Both the position numbers and the translations under genes were made by a program. Below are positions 13,500 to 24,435 of a stretch of DNA of 64,000 nucleotides, one piece after another. Origin of the DNA: Gnetum montanum (lineage: Eukaryota > Plantae > Gnetophyta); assembly GCA_015680685.1 (NCBI GenBank), contig MNCI01000255.1, forward strand, positions 124,182 to 188,181. The letters are read 5' to 3'. The notes under the pieces were generated by a model that saw only the letters and a program-made list of their open reading frames with translations, was not told where the DNA came from and did not search any database. The stretch's first letter is position 1. Each line of letters opens with the position of its first letter.

Positions 13500-16400
13500 G
13501 AGGAGTGTCATCGCTACTACCAAGACCATCGACATGACCAACACCACTAGGAGTCTATAACCAATAATGAAACAATTCAAGCAATTAGTAACCATGGTAA
13601 CTTATAGAAATAACATAGAATAAATAAAAACTATAAAGCCAACACATTAAAACATTTTTTTTTCAAACCTTAGGAGAATCAAGGACAATGTCCTTAGGAG
13701 CAAACTTCTAGAGACTCACTTCAAGCCTATGAAGAATTTGTTCTTCACTCAAATTTGCCTAGTCAACATTTCCTAAATCTACACCTGTTGGAACCTTTCC
13801 CCTCTCTACATCTATTCACTCAAGTGGATCATGAGAAAAGTCTTAGTGGTGGTTACTCTAGAAGCAGTATTAATTAGGGAAATAGGATCATCAGTATCTA
13901 CCACTAATTTCTCAAATAAGCAGAAAACATCCTCTACGACTATACCCTATACAAACAACTTGTACTTATGGTATTTCATGGTTACCTCATGCCATGATTT
14001 TTTGTAGTTTCCTCTTTCCATATTGTAGAGTCGTTTGTGAGCCATTTGCCCCTACCCCACTCTAAGATCAAGGCACAGTGATCATGCCACCCCTTGGCTT
14101 TATGAATTAAATGCTCCATTTGTTTATCCTTCTCCACAATGCTTCTAGCTAGGGCCACCTTCCCCTGGATGGCACTCCAATACCGAGATCACTCAATCTC
14201 CTTAGCACGCAAGGAATCCCTATTGGCTACTTGTGCCTCTATGAATTCCTTATGATCCTTAAGGCTCATAGCTTTATTAGTTAACTCCTTCATTTGTTTC
14301 TCAACTACAACAAGGTGTTCCCACAGCAACTCATTGGAATGTTGGGATTCCAAAACATCAACGCACATGATGCAACATGTTTAGTAGCCCCTTTGTAAAA
14401 CCTCCGTGGAATGCTCTCTACATCTGAAGGCATCTCAAAAAGCTCATCAAGCTCAAAGTCTCGTTAGGAATTCCATCTTATCTTGGGAACTTTCAATATA
14501 AAAAAAACTTAAAATAATAAGAAACAATAAAGATAAAACATGAGAAACTATAATCATATGACCATAAGACATGAAAGTGAAGATTAGGATTACGAAACAA
14601 ACATAAACAAAAAATACAACATAACTATTCTTACCATAATTAGGGTCCATCTATTGCAACCTACCCACCATATCAGACATCATACCTCACATGAACTCCA
14701 CCTTATCTGGGACCTCCACCCAAGGTTTAGTGTAAAATGTAGATGACTTTGAAGGAAGATCATGCCCTACAATGAGCATAGAAGGCAACATCCATTTACA
14801 GTGAAATAACAATAAACAACTAAAATGAAAGTAAAGGTACAAATGTTAAAGCTCACTAGGAAAGTTAAGAAGCATGTCTAATGTGGCATGGTCCTCTAGA
14901 GGTATACCATCTAGAGAGAAGTCCAAGATATCTAATGCCTCTTTAGATCTTCTTTTCTCTTCCTCCTTGTGCCTACGCTCCTCCTTCACAGCAACATGAG
15001 TAGATAGGTGATGTATCCTCCCTACAATGAATAAAGGGCAATAGGAATCAAATGAGCTAGAAAATAGTTTTAACAAAAAAATGAAATATAAAACATAAAG
15101 AAGAAAGAAGAAAACAATTACATACCTCTAATGCCTTGAGTCTTCTTCTTTAGTTTGATTATCATTTTCTTAGAGGCTTCTTAAGCTAGGGCTGAAGTGT
15201 TGTTATTAACTAGTGGCCTTTTTATCTGTTCTTTGGCAACACCATCCACTTTTGCATGAGCTTGCTTGGCCTTCTTCACATTGTCATGGATAAAGTGGGG
15301 CTCTCTTCCCATGCTATTAGGGAAAGTATATTGCAAGCCACTAACATTCTTAGTGATCAGAGATAATGATTCACATTCTTCCTCCATTGGTGGACCTTGA
15401 ATATGCATCACTGGGACAATATCTTGTGCCCAAGGCCCTAAGAGCTAAGATTCATTGCGAAGCACCCACTTTCCATCTCTCTTGATAACCAAAAACTTTA
15501 TGAACCTTCTAAGGTACACATAGAAAAAGGTGAACTATAGATGATGTTGAAAATTAAGGTTACCATGGAGTTTGTGGACTTCCTTCTTTAAGCCACTAAT
15601 GAAGAATGTTACCCAATCAAACTTGGTTCCATTGGTTAAAATCTTCTTCATGGTCCAAGCTTGTTGAACTCCCATAACTTTCTTTTATAACAAGAGCATG
15701 GGAAAGATCCTAAATCAGAATAGATGGTAAGTTTGGTTCACCTCCTCAACAATACACTTACTAAGAGATAATTTAGGACTAGGAAGTGAATTAAGCCAAG
15801 CTTCTAACTCTTCTCTATAGCTTGCATCTTTCCTTGCTCTAGTTGCTACCTCAATGCCATCGTGAGGTATGCCAAAATGCTCACTAAACACAGATTTATT
15901 AATGTTTATAATAATGGGAAAACCATGGACACTAGAGGCAAATCTAGTGATAGCCTCATCAAAAGAATCAATGACATTTAACATCTCAACTGGTCGCATA
16001 GATGGGCTAGGTAACATAAAGTGGTCAAACAAACCTGCTCTATTAACCTCTGCTAGATAACCCCAAGATCCCTATTCGCCAATCATTCATGTGCATCGTC
16101 TACCTTCCCTCACTTGAGGAGAATCTTCTCCTCAATATAGCCTAAAGTGATCACAACAATGGTAGATTCACACATAAAATCTGCAATGCAAGGCAATTAA
16201 CAAGATATGTATGACAATATTAAGCATCAAAAACTATAAAACTCTAAAATGATGACCATATTACAATGACTTATACTTTACCAGGTTTAGGTGAATGTTG
16301 GTGAAGGTTGGGAGCCCTTGCACGTATGCTTATATCTTAGTGTGCCCAAAAATTATGTCCATAGATCTTAGCCACACATGTTTGGTATACCTAAGAATAC

Positions 16401-17073
16401 TGCAACTTATAATTATTAAACTCTTCACCAAGTTGAATAATTACCTGAGCCTTTACGCTTTCACCTTGTCTAAACTCTTCCAAGGAAGTGTAGGCGATGG
16501 ATAAAGTTTGATCATTAGCCACAAGCCCCAAGATAAACAAACAAGACCCAAAGACCTAAGGACGAACAATCGCAAAACAAGACAACCATAGATACAAAAA
16601 CAAAAATGATGCAAAACCAAGCTTACCCTTCAAGCAAGTAGATAGAGCCAGGGGGATTCTAGAACAAAGAGTTTACAATCATTAGGGTATTATCAAGGTG
16701 ATATATTGTGAATTCTGGCATCCACCAAATCAGTGATAACTGCCGAACTACCACCAAGGGTGTGCTCCCCTTTTGCTCTGTCTCCATAGCAACTTTAGGT
16801 TCATCTTTCATGAACTTGAGGATGCATTGGGAAGACCCTCTTGCAAAAGCCTCAATAATGACCCTTGCAACATTCATTGTTAAGTGTGATCATATGATCA
16901 CATTGAACTATTGTAGTAGATAGAGCAAGAACTCCCTAGCACCTGAGCAGAACTACACATGAATCTCCTCATCAAATTGCATGTGGGAAGACAAGCTGTT
17001 TTGGCAAGTCTTTCCAATGAAACATAGGATGCTCACCGGTTCAACCATCACCACAATGGGTTTGAGATATGCC
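13500..17073 (-). pseudogene. Antisense multi-exon gene inside the Tat element (FCP1/NIF-like exon followed by transposon-associated exons), decayed
   Basis: Minus-strand GT donors (16626, 16444, 16282, 15125, 14856) and AG acceptors (17074, 16391, 16181, 15022, 14767) delimit mostly short introns. Long frames such as 15715-16032 are present. The 3' part (13200-13650) recurs after the protease of Tat copy B (48100-48620). Confidence 0.6.
16627..17073 (-). pseudogene. Exon encoding a degenerate FCP1/NIF (HAD superfamily, CTD-phosphatase-like) domain
   Basis: Translation AYLKPIVVMVEPVSILCF...FCSGAREFLLYLLQ*FNVII*S...PLVVVRQLSLIWWMPEFTIYHLDNTLMIVNSLF*NPPGS aligns by eye to the NIF motifs RPG..EFL...F.V.IWS, KDL..IW and NTLL.DDSP....NP. 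Flanked by TGTAG| and |GTAAGC. Confidence 0.6.
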
Positions 17074-17512
17074 CTACATACACAAAAATTTAACGACAGC
17101 ATAAGAGAAGAAAAATATACATGTCGGACGTGGTCTTTACATCAAATACAACTTTGTAACTTAGATTTCATTATTTTAAGAGGCGTCTTCTGATTAAGAT
17201 GCGGAACGTGCTAATCTGATAATAAAAAAGCAGCAAATGCCAAAAGATTACTTCGAGCCAACCCCTTGTATAACTATCGTCCCTGACCAAAATACATCCA
17301 ATTATAAGACGTCCGTTTAACGCAAATTTCATATTGTTCATCCCACTAGTCTCTACCCCAGCAGTGTTGATGTGCTAAGACAGCTCACTTCCTGGAATTG
17401 CAATCTCTGCGGCAAATACATTATAATTTGCAACCCAAAAAAAAGTTCTGGGCCATGCTCTGAATACCAGCGTTGTTGTTGAAGCCCACATTGAGGAGGA
17501 AAGAGCAAGAAA

Positions 17513-18080
17513 ATGCAGCAGCATCTCATGCAAATGCAGCCTATTATAGGAGCAGCTTACTCCTCCAATACCATCACCACTGATCATATCCAGAAGTATT
17601 TGGATGAAAATAGGCAGTTAATTCTGGCAATTGTTGACAACCAAAACCTTGGAAAGTTAAATGAGTGTGCACAGTACCAGGCAAGGCTGCAGCAAAATTT
17701 GATGTATCTTGCTGCCATTGCTGATTCGCAACCTCGAGCACCATCCGCACATGCTCAGATCCCCTCAAACGCAATGATGCAATCAGGTGTCCATTATATA
17801 CAACACCAGCAGCAGGAAGTAACACCTCAGAGCTTGCATACCTCAAGGTCCCAAATGCTTTATTCTCAATAACCTATGGCTGCATTTCATCAAGCGGCAC
17901 AGCAGCACCATCTCTTCACAGCCAACTTGGAATAAATTCAGGAGCAACTAATGGATTACAGATGCTACATGATCAGAGAGCACTCATGTCGTTTCTGGAC
18001 GAGGAGGTGCAAATGTGGGCCAAAATGCAGACGGAGCAGGCTCATCTTATTTAAAAGCTTCTGAGGATTAAGGAAATTAG
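17513..18080 (+). pseudogene. GIF: Intronless GRF-interacting factor (GIF/AN3, SSXT domain) copy with premature stop and frameshifts; 119-aa ORF 17513-17872
   Basis: MQQHLMQMQP...ITTDHIQKYLDENRQLILAIVDNQNLGKLNECAQYQARLQQNLMYLAAIADSQP. TAA at 17870. Downstream shifted remnants SLHSQLGINSG..GLQMLH and SSYLKASED*GN*. No introns across the SSXT domain. Confidence 0.92.
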
Positions 18081-19127
18081 TTTAATCTGTGTTTTTTATT
18101 CGTAGAAAACTGAAGCTGTACTGGTACTGTACATGGTACTCACTAATGCTTCTCAACTTACCATTGCATTTAGAATTTTAACATAAACTTTTTTAGAGAC
18201 CTTTCTATTCTTAGACCTTCTCTTCATTGCGTATATAGGAAATATGATGACAAGGATGCCAGGGTTATATAATACGGCCTACAATTACGATAATTTCTCG
18301 TTTTACTTTGGGTCTTAGCTTAAATATTTGAACTATTATCCATTGTTCATCGGCACTACTGTTACGTTGCGGATGGGTTCCCTTAATTTCCCAGCTTTTG
18401 TCAGAGCGGCTGTGCCCAAGGCTTAAGCAATTGAGATAGCTTATTAAGGTAGCGGAAAACCGATCGGAATAGCTGACAGCAATCGCACCAGTTTTTGAGA
18501 GAAATGCATGAGAGTTCCCGGGCCAACCATGGTCGGAATCTCCAAAGCTCTTATCTACTTACTATCTGCTAAGGGTCTCACGGCGAATAACAGGCCTTTT
18601 CATAAGATTTACAGGAAAGCTATGTGACTGAAAATCATCACGAGGCATGAAACCCCAGCGGTGAAGGCCTAACGGCAACGCCATCAGGCCTCGGAAATAG
18701 TAATTCCTGAATGTTGCCTTCGAATCAGGCTACGATTCGTGTGGCTCTGGTTGCGACAGCGAGAACAAAATCGCATCTACGATACCAATGACATGGATCT
18801 GAAGTTTGTCAGGGTTTCACAGAAGAATTGGTCTCTGTGAACTATCTTTCTTCGAAAATCCACTACCTGTTTCCGAATCTGCAAAGTTGTGTGAGTATTT
18901 AAATATGGCCTTCCTACTATCAACTTCATGCCTATTTAACTCTATGGAAATGTTGCCTTTCATGTGTCCTGTATGAGTTACACTATCATAATTACTGTGT
19001 CTTTGACTATCTCTAGAAATATCATTCATCCATGGGCTTAATCCATTTCACGGGACTACTCTTTTGATGATGCTGATGGCTCGATAAGTTAGTGTCATTA
19101 GCATGTACAACTACACTTTTCACTACC

Positions 19128-19170
19128 AACTCCTCTTCCTTTTAAAAAAAAACTGAAGGGAAGAGGAGTT
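19128..19170. repeat. Inverted repeat, 12-bp perfect stem
   Basis: AACTCCTCTTCC ... GGAAGAGGAGTT around an A-rich loop. Confidence 0.8.
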
Positions 19171-19493
19171 TTTCAAGGAACAATGGACACTGGAACGGAA
19201 AATTCTTACCTCCCATACATAGCCGGTAATTCTTCATCAGCAGGGAGGTCTGTAAATCTTGAAACTACGTCGATGGCTTCCTCCTCCTTCAAGCTCTGGG
19301 TTCCTGCTGCTGCTGCCGTTCTTCCCTGCCATGATTACAGACGATTGGGATCCTGGGCGCTCGAATGAAAAATTGGTAAATCAACAACGTTAATCTTAAG
19401 TTCACGGGTGTTCAACTCTGCTATCTCTAGGCCAGGGCAGAGTTTAGATAACAACCGACAAACGATCAGTTCAAATTAGGAAGTTTCAGGAGC

Positions 19494-19633
19494 AACTAGC
19501 GCCTTTCAAAAACGAAACTTTCCAAAATCGATAAAACAAAATTACCAGCGTCTGCCAAAAACGAAAGTTTCCAAAATGACACCGCTGCGGTATCTGAACT
19601 AGCGTCTGCCGAAAACGGAGCTTTCCGAAATCG
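19494..19633. repeat. Three diverged copies of a ~37-bp CpG-containing unit
   Basis: Approximate consensus AACTAGCGTCTGCCAAAAACGAAACTTTCCAAAATCG, with short unequal spacers. Confidence 0.75.
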
Positions 19634-19739
19634 GGTACTCCATCTCTGCCACCCCCATGGCCATGGCCATGACCATGAAGAAGCACAAGAACGCCACCTT
19701 CAGAACAAAGAGGCTTGTACTTACTAGGGCAGACTCCAT
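19599..19739 (-). CDS. Candidate 46-aa small ORF with a hydrophobic signal-peptide-like N-terminus
   Basis: MESALVSTSLFVLKVAFLCFFMVMAMAMGVAEMEYPISESSVFGRR*, start context ACAATGG. No homolog recognised. Confidence 0.2.
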   Translation of the reverse strand: MESALVSTSLFVLKVAFLCFFMVMAMAMGVAEMEYPISESSVFGRR

Positions 19740-21320
19740 TGTTAGGCTATTGCCTTCGCCGAACTGACAGTACAGGTGCAGTCTTAAGACAAGCCTGAAA
19801 TAGGGAGTGTGCTAAGCCTGAGGTCGAGGCTGAGGACGAACTCTCAATTTCAGGGGGAGCTCCATGGATAGTAGAATAAGAACCATGCCATCACCAGTAC
19901 ACAAGTAGCTATCCTTCCTGTCGATTTCTTGTATGATACGTCTGCTATCCCAAGTGAATTTGGCAAGTCAAATACCTTTGCAAGGAAGAACCACGAACCC
20001 TGAACAGGTTGCAAAGACGGTTGCTTACTCCAAAAATCATAGGAAGAGTCGAATTTATCATCTAAATCGAATAGTTTAATTAGAATAAAACATATGACTT
20101 TAAAAAAATTATTTCTGTTGCTACGTTTTCGTTTCCTGCGCAAGCACCCAGCTGCAATCCAAAGCCGATGTGTGTGTTGCCGTTGAAGTTTATGCTGGCT
20201 GTACATTTTGTACGGGACACATGATAGAAACACCAAACAAAACCAAAACTAAAATTTAGTGTTGTTAAGTGTAACTGGCACTGATGTTTCCGAAATTTGG
20301 AATTTATGATGGTGTCAAGTGGCAACACAGACGATGATGCTGATTTGAACTAGAACCAGAATCTTTGATATCAAGAAGCGTATGTACTTAACCAAAGTAC
20401 TAAGACCGAAGACCGAAGACCGACACTTGCTGGGGGATGGATGGATTTTCAGTGGCTGTCTGCCGCTTGCAACACTCCTTTTGGGCAACATCATGCTGAG
20501 CTGATCATAGATTTGGGTTTCCGGATTGCTGAAAAAAATAAAAATATGCATTGCATTGTCCCGGCAAGCAAAAGGAGTTGTGATTGCTAAATATGCATTG
20601 CTGCTGTTTCTGCAACCAACTCTGAATTTATGGACAACACTGCTGCACAGCTTGACTGCACTGCTCGTCTTGTGCTGGAAAGCTTAGTACGTTTTGTTTT
20701 GCAAATCCTTGGAGGTACGATCCGCCGGCATAGAATCGAATCATGAAGCATTGCCTCTTGCCAATGGCAAATCGCTTACCATGGAACCTCAAAGCGCCGA
20801 ATTTTTGGTTCCGGATAGAAAATTGAGCAGGACCCACTAATTTTGTAGCCAAGATCGCCATTGGTCTTTGTGACTTAAGCAAATTCTAGTAATGATGTTT
20901 CCCATGGAACACCCACTGTCAAAACATGTTCTCGATGAGGTTTGGAAGAGAACTTAACAAACTTGTGAGTTGACAGTGTCTATTAGTTGCAGGCAAAAGG
21001 CAAACACAAATTAGCAGTGGCGCACACATTTTGGTGGAGATAAACACAGCAATTTGACCTTGATTGACTCATGGCGTAGCCTCGGTTGTGGCAACATATG
21101 GAGCTGGCAGTTTTCGAGAATCTATCCCAAGGAAACCCTTGTGGTCAAATGCTCACAAAGGATGGTAGGAACGGTTTGTGCAACACCAAGCACATTGATG
21201 GAAATGCTTGTTTAGATGATAGTTCTATTTCAAAGTTTAATGATGTCCTTCCCGAGATCTTTAAAGCTCTTACCTTTACATTGATATATCGAATAGACCA
21301 AGCAATTATCAGTGTTTTGA

Positions 21321-21348
21321 ATGTGAGTGTTGATATCAACACTCTCAT
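21321..21348. repeat. 20-bp perfect palindrome (28 bp with one mismatched pair)
   Basis: GAGTGTTGATATCAACACTC at 21325-21344. Confidence 0.85.
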
Positions 21349-21416
21349 GGCAGCACGGGGTCATGTTTGAATAAGTTTTTGTCCCATGGTAATTATAAAT
21401 CCTATGGTATTAACTC

Positions 21417-21554
21417 ATACAAGTTATTTGTATGAGTTGCATAGATTAAGCTCAACCGTAATATACAAGTTATTTGTATGGGTTGCATAGATTAAGCTCA
21501 ACTGTAATATACAAGTTATTTGTATGAGTTGCATAGATTAAACTCAACCGTAAT
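21417..21554. repeat. Tandem repeat, 3 x 46 bp
   Basis: ATACAAGTTATTTGTATGAGTTGCATAGATTAAGCTCAACCGTAAT x3 with 1-2 differences per copy. An 11-bp inverted repeat lies at 21412-21438. Confidence 0.92.
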
Positions 21555-22698
21555 ACCTTCGTTGATTTTGTTTATAATACAGTTTGCAATACAGGAATCT
21601 AGTTGAAATACAATAATATCAGCATGCCTAATAGAGTAAGTTGGCTACCCAAAGAGGGTTTGTGCTACCATAAGCCAGATAGCTATGGGTGTAAATATCC
21701 CAATTTTTTTAAAGCTTGGCTGAATATCAATTACATCTCCACCCTGCGCTTTCATTTTTCTCGAGTATAAATAGACAAGTCACGTGAATGAATAGCCTAA
21801 TGTAACCCTATTTTCAATCTTTCATTGACGTTAATACTTGTTCCATTTATAGGTGAAGACAAATTTGGCAGTAAAGAAAATTTATACATTTTGTATTCGG
21901 CACACAAACACCTATGAAGCGTAACAGGGGAAAAATGTGGCAAGTTGACGAAGTGGGAAACGTATAAACCAAAAACATTGAATCTGCAGCTGATTTTTGC
22001 ATAGTTTACTACAGACCAGTAGCTTCTCAATACACAAAACAAAACAGACAGAAATCGTGCTACTTTAATAGACAAAATACCATCCCCACCCTTAAAAATC
22101 ATCATAAAATCAACTTTAAGCAAACAACATCTTTACACATAAAAATTTCTTTGTTTATTGGTTCGATCCATTTAATTATGAATTTTAAAATATATATACA
22201 TATTTATACGGTATAGAGAATTTTAGAACTGCTACATCTCAGGGACGTAATAGAAAATTCGGTTTCAGCTTCACAGGATCACGACGTTGAAGTTGACACT
22301 TGCTTTGGTTTATCCACGTTAAAATCACTCCTGATTTCCAACAATATTCGATATAATTTATTTCAACACATGGCAGTTAAGAAATGCAGTTGAAGTTCCA
22401 ATAATGTCCGGTTGATGCTTAAACCAACTGAAGATGAATTTACGGTACAATTTAGTATAAATTTTGATAACAATATTAGGTTGAGATAATAAGTTGCAGT
22501 AGCCTCCTATTCCTCACACAGATTCATCAGGCTAATATAAATCCTTTATTACAATTTCCACGCAGTGAGCTTCTTCTAATCTAATTACATTGAAACTGAA
22601 AACATAATAATCTAATTCCATAGAGACTGCCTCTACATCGGGACGCGGGGGTCTTTAGTTGCCAGTAACATGGGTGAATAGTTTCCTCCCTGCAAGCT

Positions 22699-23232
22699 TT
22701 ATTCTTCATCACTTATCTCCGGAGATTGAAGCTGTGCAATGCTGGGATTCAGTGATATTGAGGCATCCAGGCTCCCAAGTTCCTTCAATGATTGCCAGGT
22801 CCCCAGGGCAGTGTTCTTTTTTCCTTGTTTCTTCGTTCTTGCAGCTTTCCCCGTAAACGCCCCTTTAGCACCCTTTACCATGCTCAAGAACACACGTAAA
22901 TGCCCCAGGCTTGCTGTTACGGTTGAGTAAGTCGGTAAAGGTATTTCGATCTTCGCCACCATTGCTTGCAGCAAGTTTTTGCGCATGCTTGCTCTGTCTA
23001 AGATCCCTTCCAATGGATTCCTCCGTACAAATGTGTGAAATGCTACTTCTGCCACTGCCTCCTCGGCTTGTCATAACGTGCTGAAAAACCTGGGACTTGC
23101 GAAAGTTTCATTGTTAAAACTCACCACTGCTTTAAAACGGGGAGCATGATCCAAACCTTCATGTATGCAATAGTATGAGTGCAGGTTGAAGCAATTCCGT
23201 TGGGACCATTCTTGCAACTGGTTTCTGAACAT
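22699..23232 (-). pseudogene. DRB2: Double-stranded RNA-binding protein (DRB2/3/5 clade), two dsRBDs, intronless, in-frame stop at codon 54
   Basis: MFRNQLQEWSQRNCFNLHSYYCIHEGLDHAPRFKAVVSFNNETFASPRFFSTL*QAEEAVAEVA...KNLLQ...LPTYST...GHLRVF...FTGKAARTKKQGKKNTALGTWQSLKEL matches DRB2-type MYKNQLQELAQRSCFNLPSY..EGPDHAPRFKA. TGA at 23071-23073 is probably CGA>TGA. The exact paralog is uncertain. Confidence 0.9.
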
Positions 23233-24400
23233 CTCTGCACCACAACATTCAAAAGAAAAGAAGTGGAGTTAGGGTGTGAAGAGAATTCCATGTGGGGTGT
23301 GTCTCCCCTTCCTAAATCACAAATCCTTAAATTATTGATGCTTTTAAATACCAGCCATTATCAACGTCTCCCTGCTGACAACTCAACTACCGATCATTCA
23401 GCATACAAACTTAGGTCTTTTTCCAAGATATAATACTAACTGCCCATTCACAGTAGTCATTCTTGCTGCCTTTCCTCTGCACATCATAATTCAAATGGCA
23501 GTAGCTAAAATGATAGTTCAACTTGATCTGCAAGCTTTGCCGTTTGTCCTCTGATTTTCCCTAAACGTATGTGGCTTCCATTTTTACATCGCCCCGGCCC
23601 AGACGTAGACACTGACTGTTATAGCAATGAGAGTTTTGCTGCAATTACTATTTTTGTTGCACTTATTGTCCCTATGTTTACACACCACTCCTAGGAAACT
23701 TTTTAAACTACATGCTACTTGCATGACCAATCCACTAACATTACACAAAAAAACTGGAGGTTGCAGGGAGTCTGAACCTTTCCCTATGCAACTCCAATGA
23801 TTTTGGTGGCATGTTTGGTAGGGTTCGCATGGTGGCTGACTGGGAGTGAAACGGAAATTGCACGGTACGGAAATTCTGACTTCCTGAATCAGATCCTGGG
23901 TGGTCACCATTGGAGGCGATTCAGAAGATTTTGAGTTCCGCAGATTTTGGACCTATGGTGGCCTGATTCGCAGCGGCCTCTGATTCAGTTGGTGGACGCT
24001 GTACCGAGTAGCCTCTATGTTCCACCTAATACGCCAAGCACGTCTATGCATGATCGAGTTTGCTTGCTGCAATTTGTGAGCATGTTTATGGAAGCCACGG
24101 AACGTTGAACAGCTTTCCACGTTCTGAAAACCCAATCATGTTTTGCTGCAAGTCCCATTGCCTGCTGGGTTTCTGTGGTGTTCTTGAAGGAGTAGATGGT
24201 GTGCGCAATCATGGTCTCTCTCTCTCTTGATTAGGATGGGTACTGTGAGTCAGGATCTGGTCACCGAGATCTTCCTATGGCCCCTGCCCGCCAAGGCTTC
24301 CAGCCGGTGTACAGACCATAGACGACAGCATGATCATCAACAATAATGTAACAGCTATTGACTATTGTTGCTTTTTGCTTCCTGCCACTTGGGATCTAGC

Positions 24401-24435
24401 CATGCGGTCATGCAAACCTCTTGCATGACCACGTG
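24401..24435. promoter_or_regulatory. RY (CATGCA) pair in an inverted repeat plus an adjacent G-box (CACGTG)
   Basis: GGTCATGCAA-ACCTC-TTGCATGACC overlapping CACGTG at 24430-24435. Confidence 0.35.

Noticed and set aside
16885-16902. 18-bp perfect palindrome TGTGATCATATGATCACA
   Set aside because: It lies in a decayed exon and is completed by the W>stop transition. No independent evidence of function.
21086-21370. 94-aa ORF with faint resemblance to the HD-ZIP III MEKHLA domain (DGRNGLC)
   Set aside because: The other MEKHLA motifs are absent and the similarity is too weak.
21417-21554. CRISPR-like appearance of repeats (also 19494-19633 and 41390-41845)
   Set aside because: The units are head-to-tail or degenerate with no unique regular spacers, there are no cas genes, and the context is eukaryotic.
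16627-23232. FCP1-like exon plus dsRBD pair as a CPL1/2-like gene
   Set aside because: The order is reversed relative to CPL1 (phosphatase first, then dsRBDs). The dsRBDs are DRB2-type, and a GIF copy lies between them.
23584-24212. Several 60-108 aa ORFs upstream of DRB
   Set aside because: No recognisable domains. They are more likely UTR, intron or unidentified fragments.
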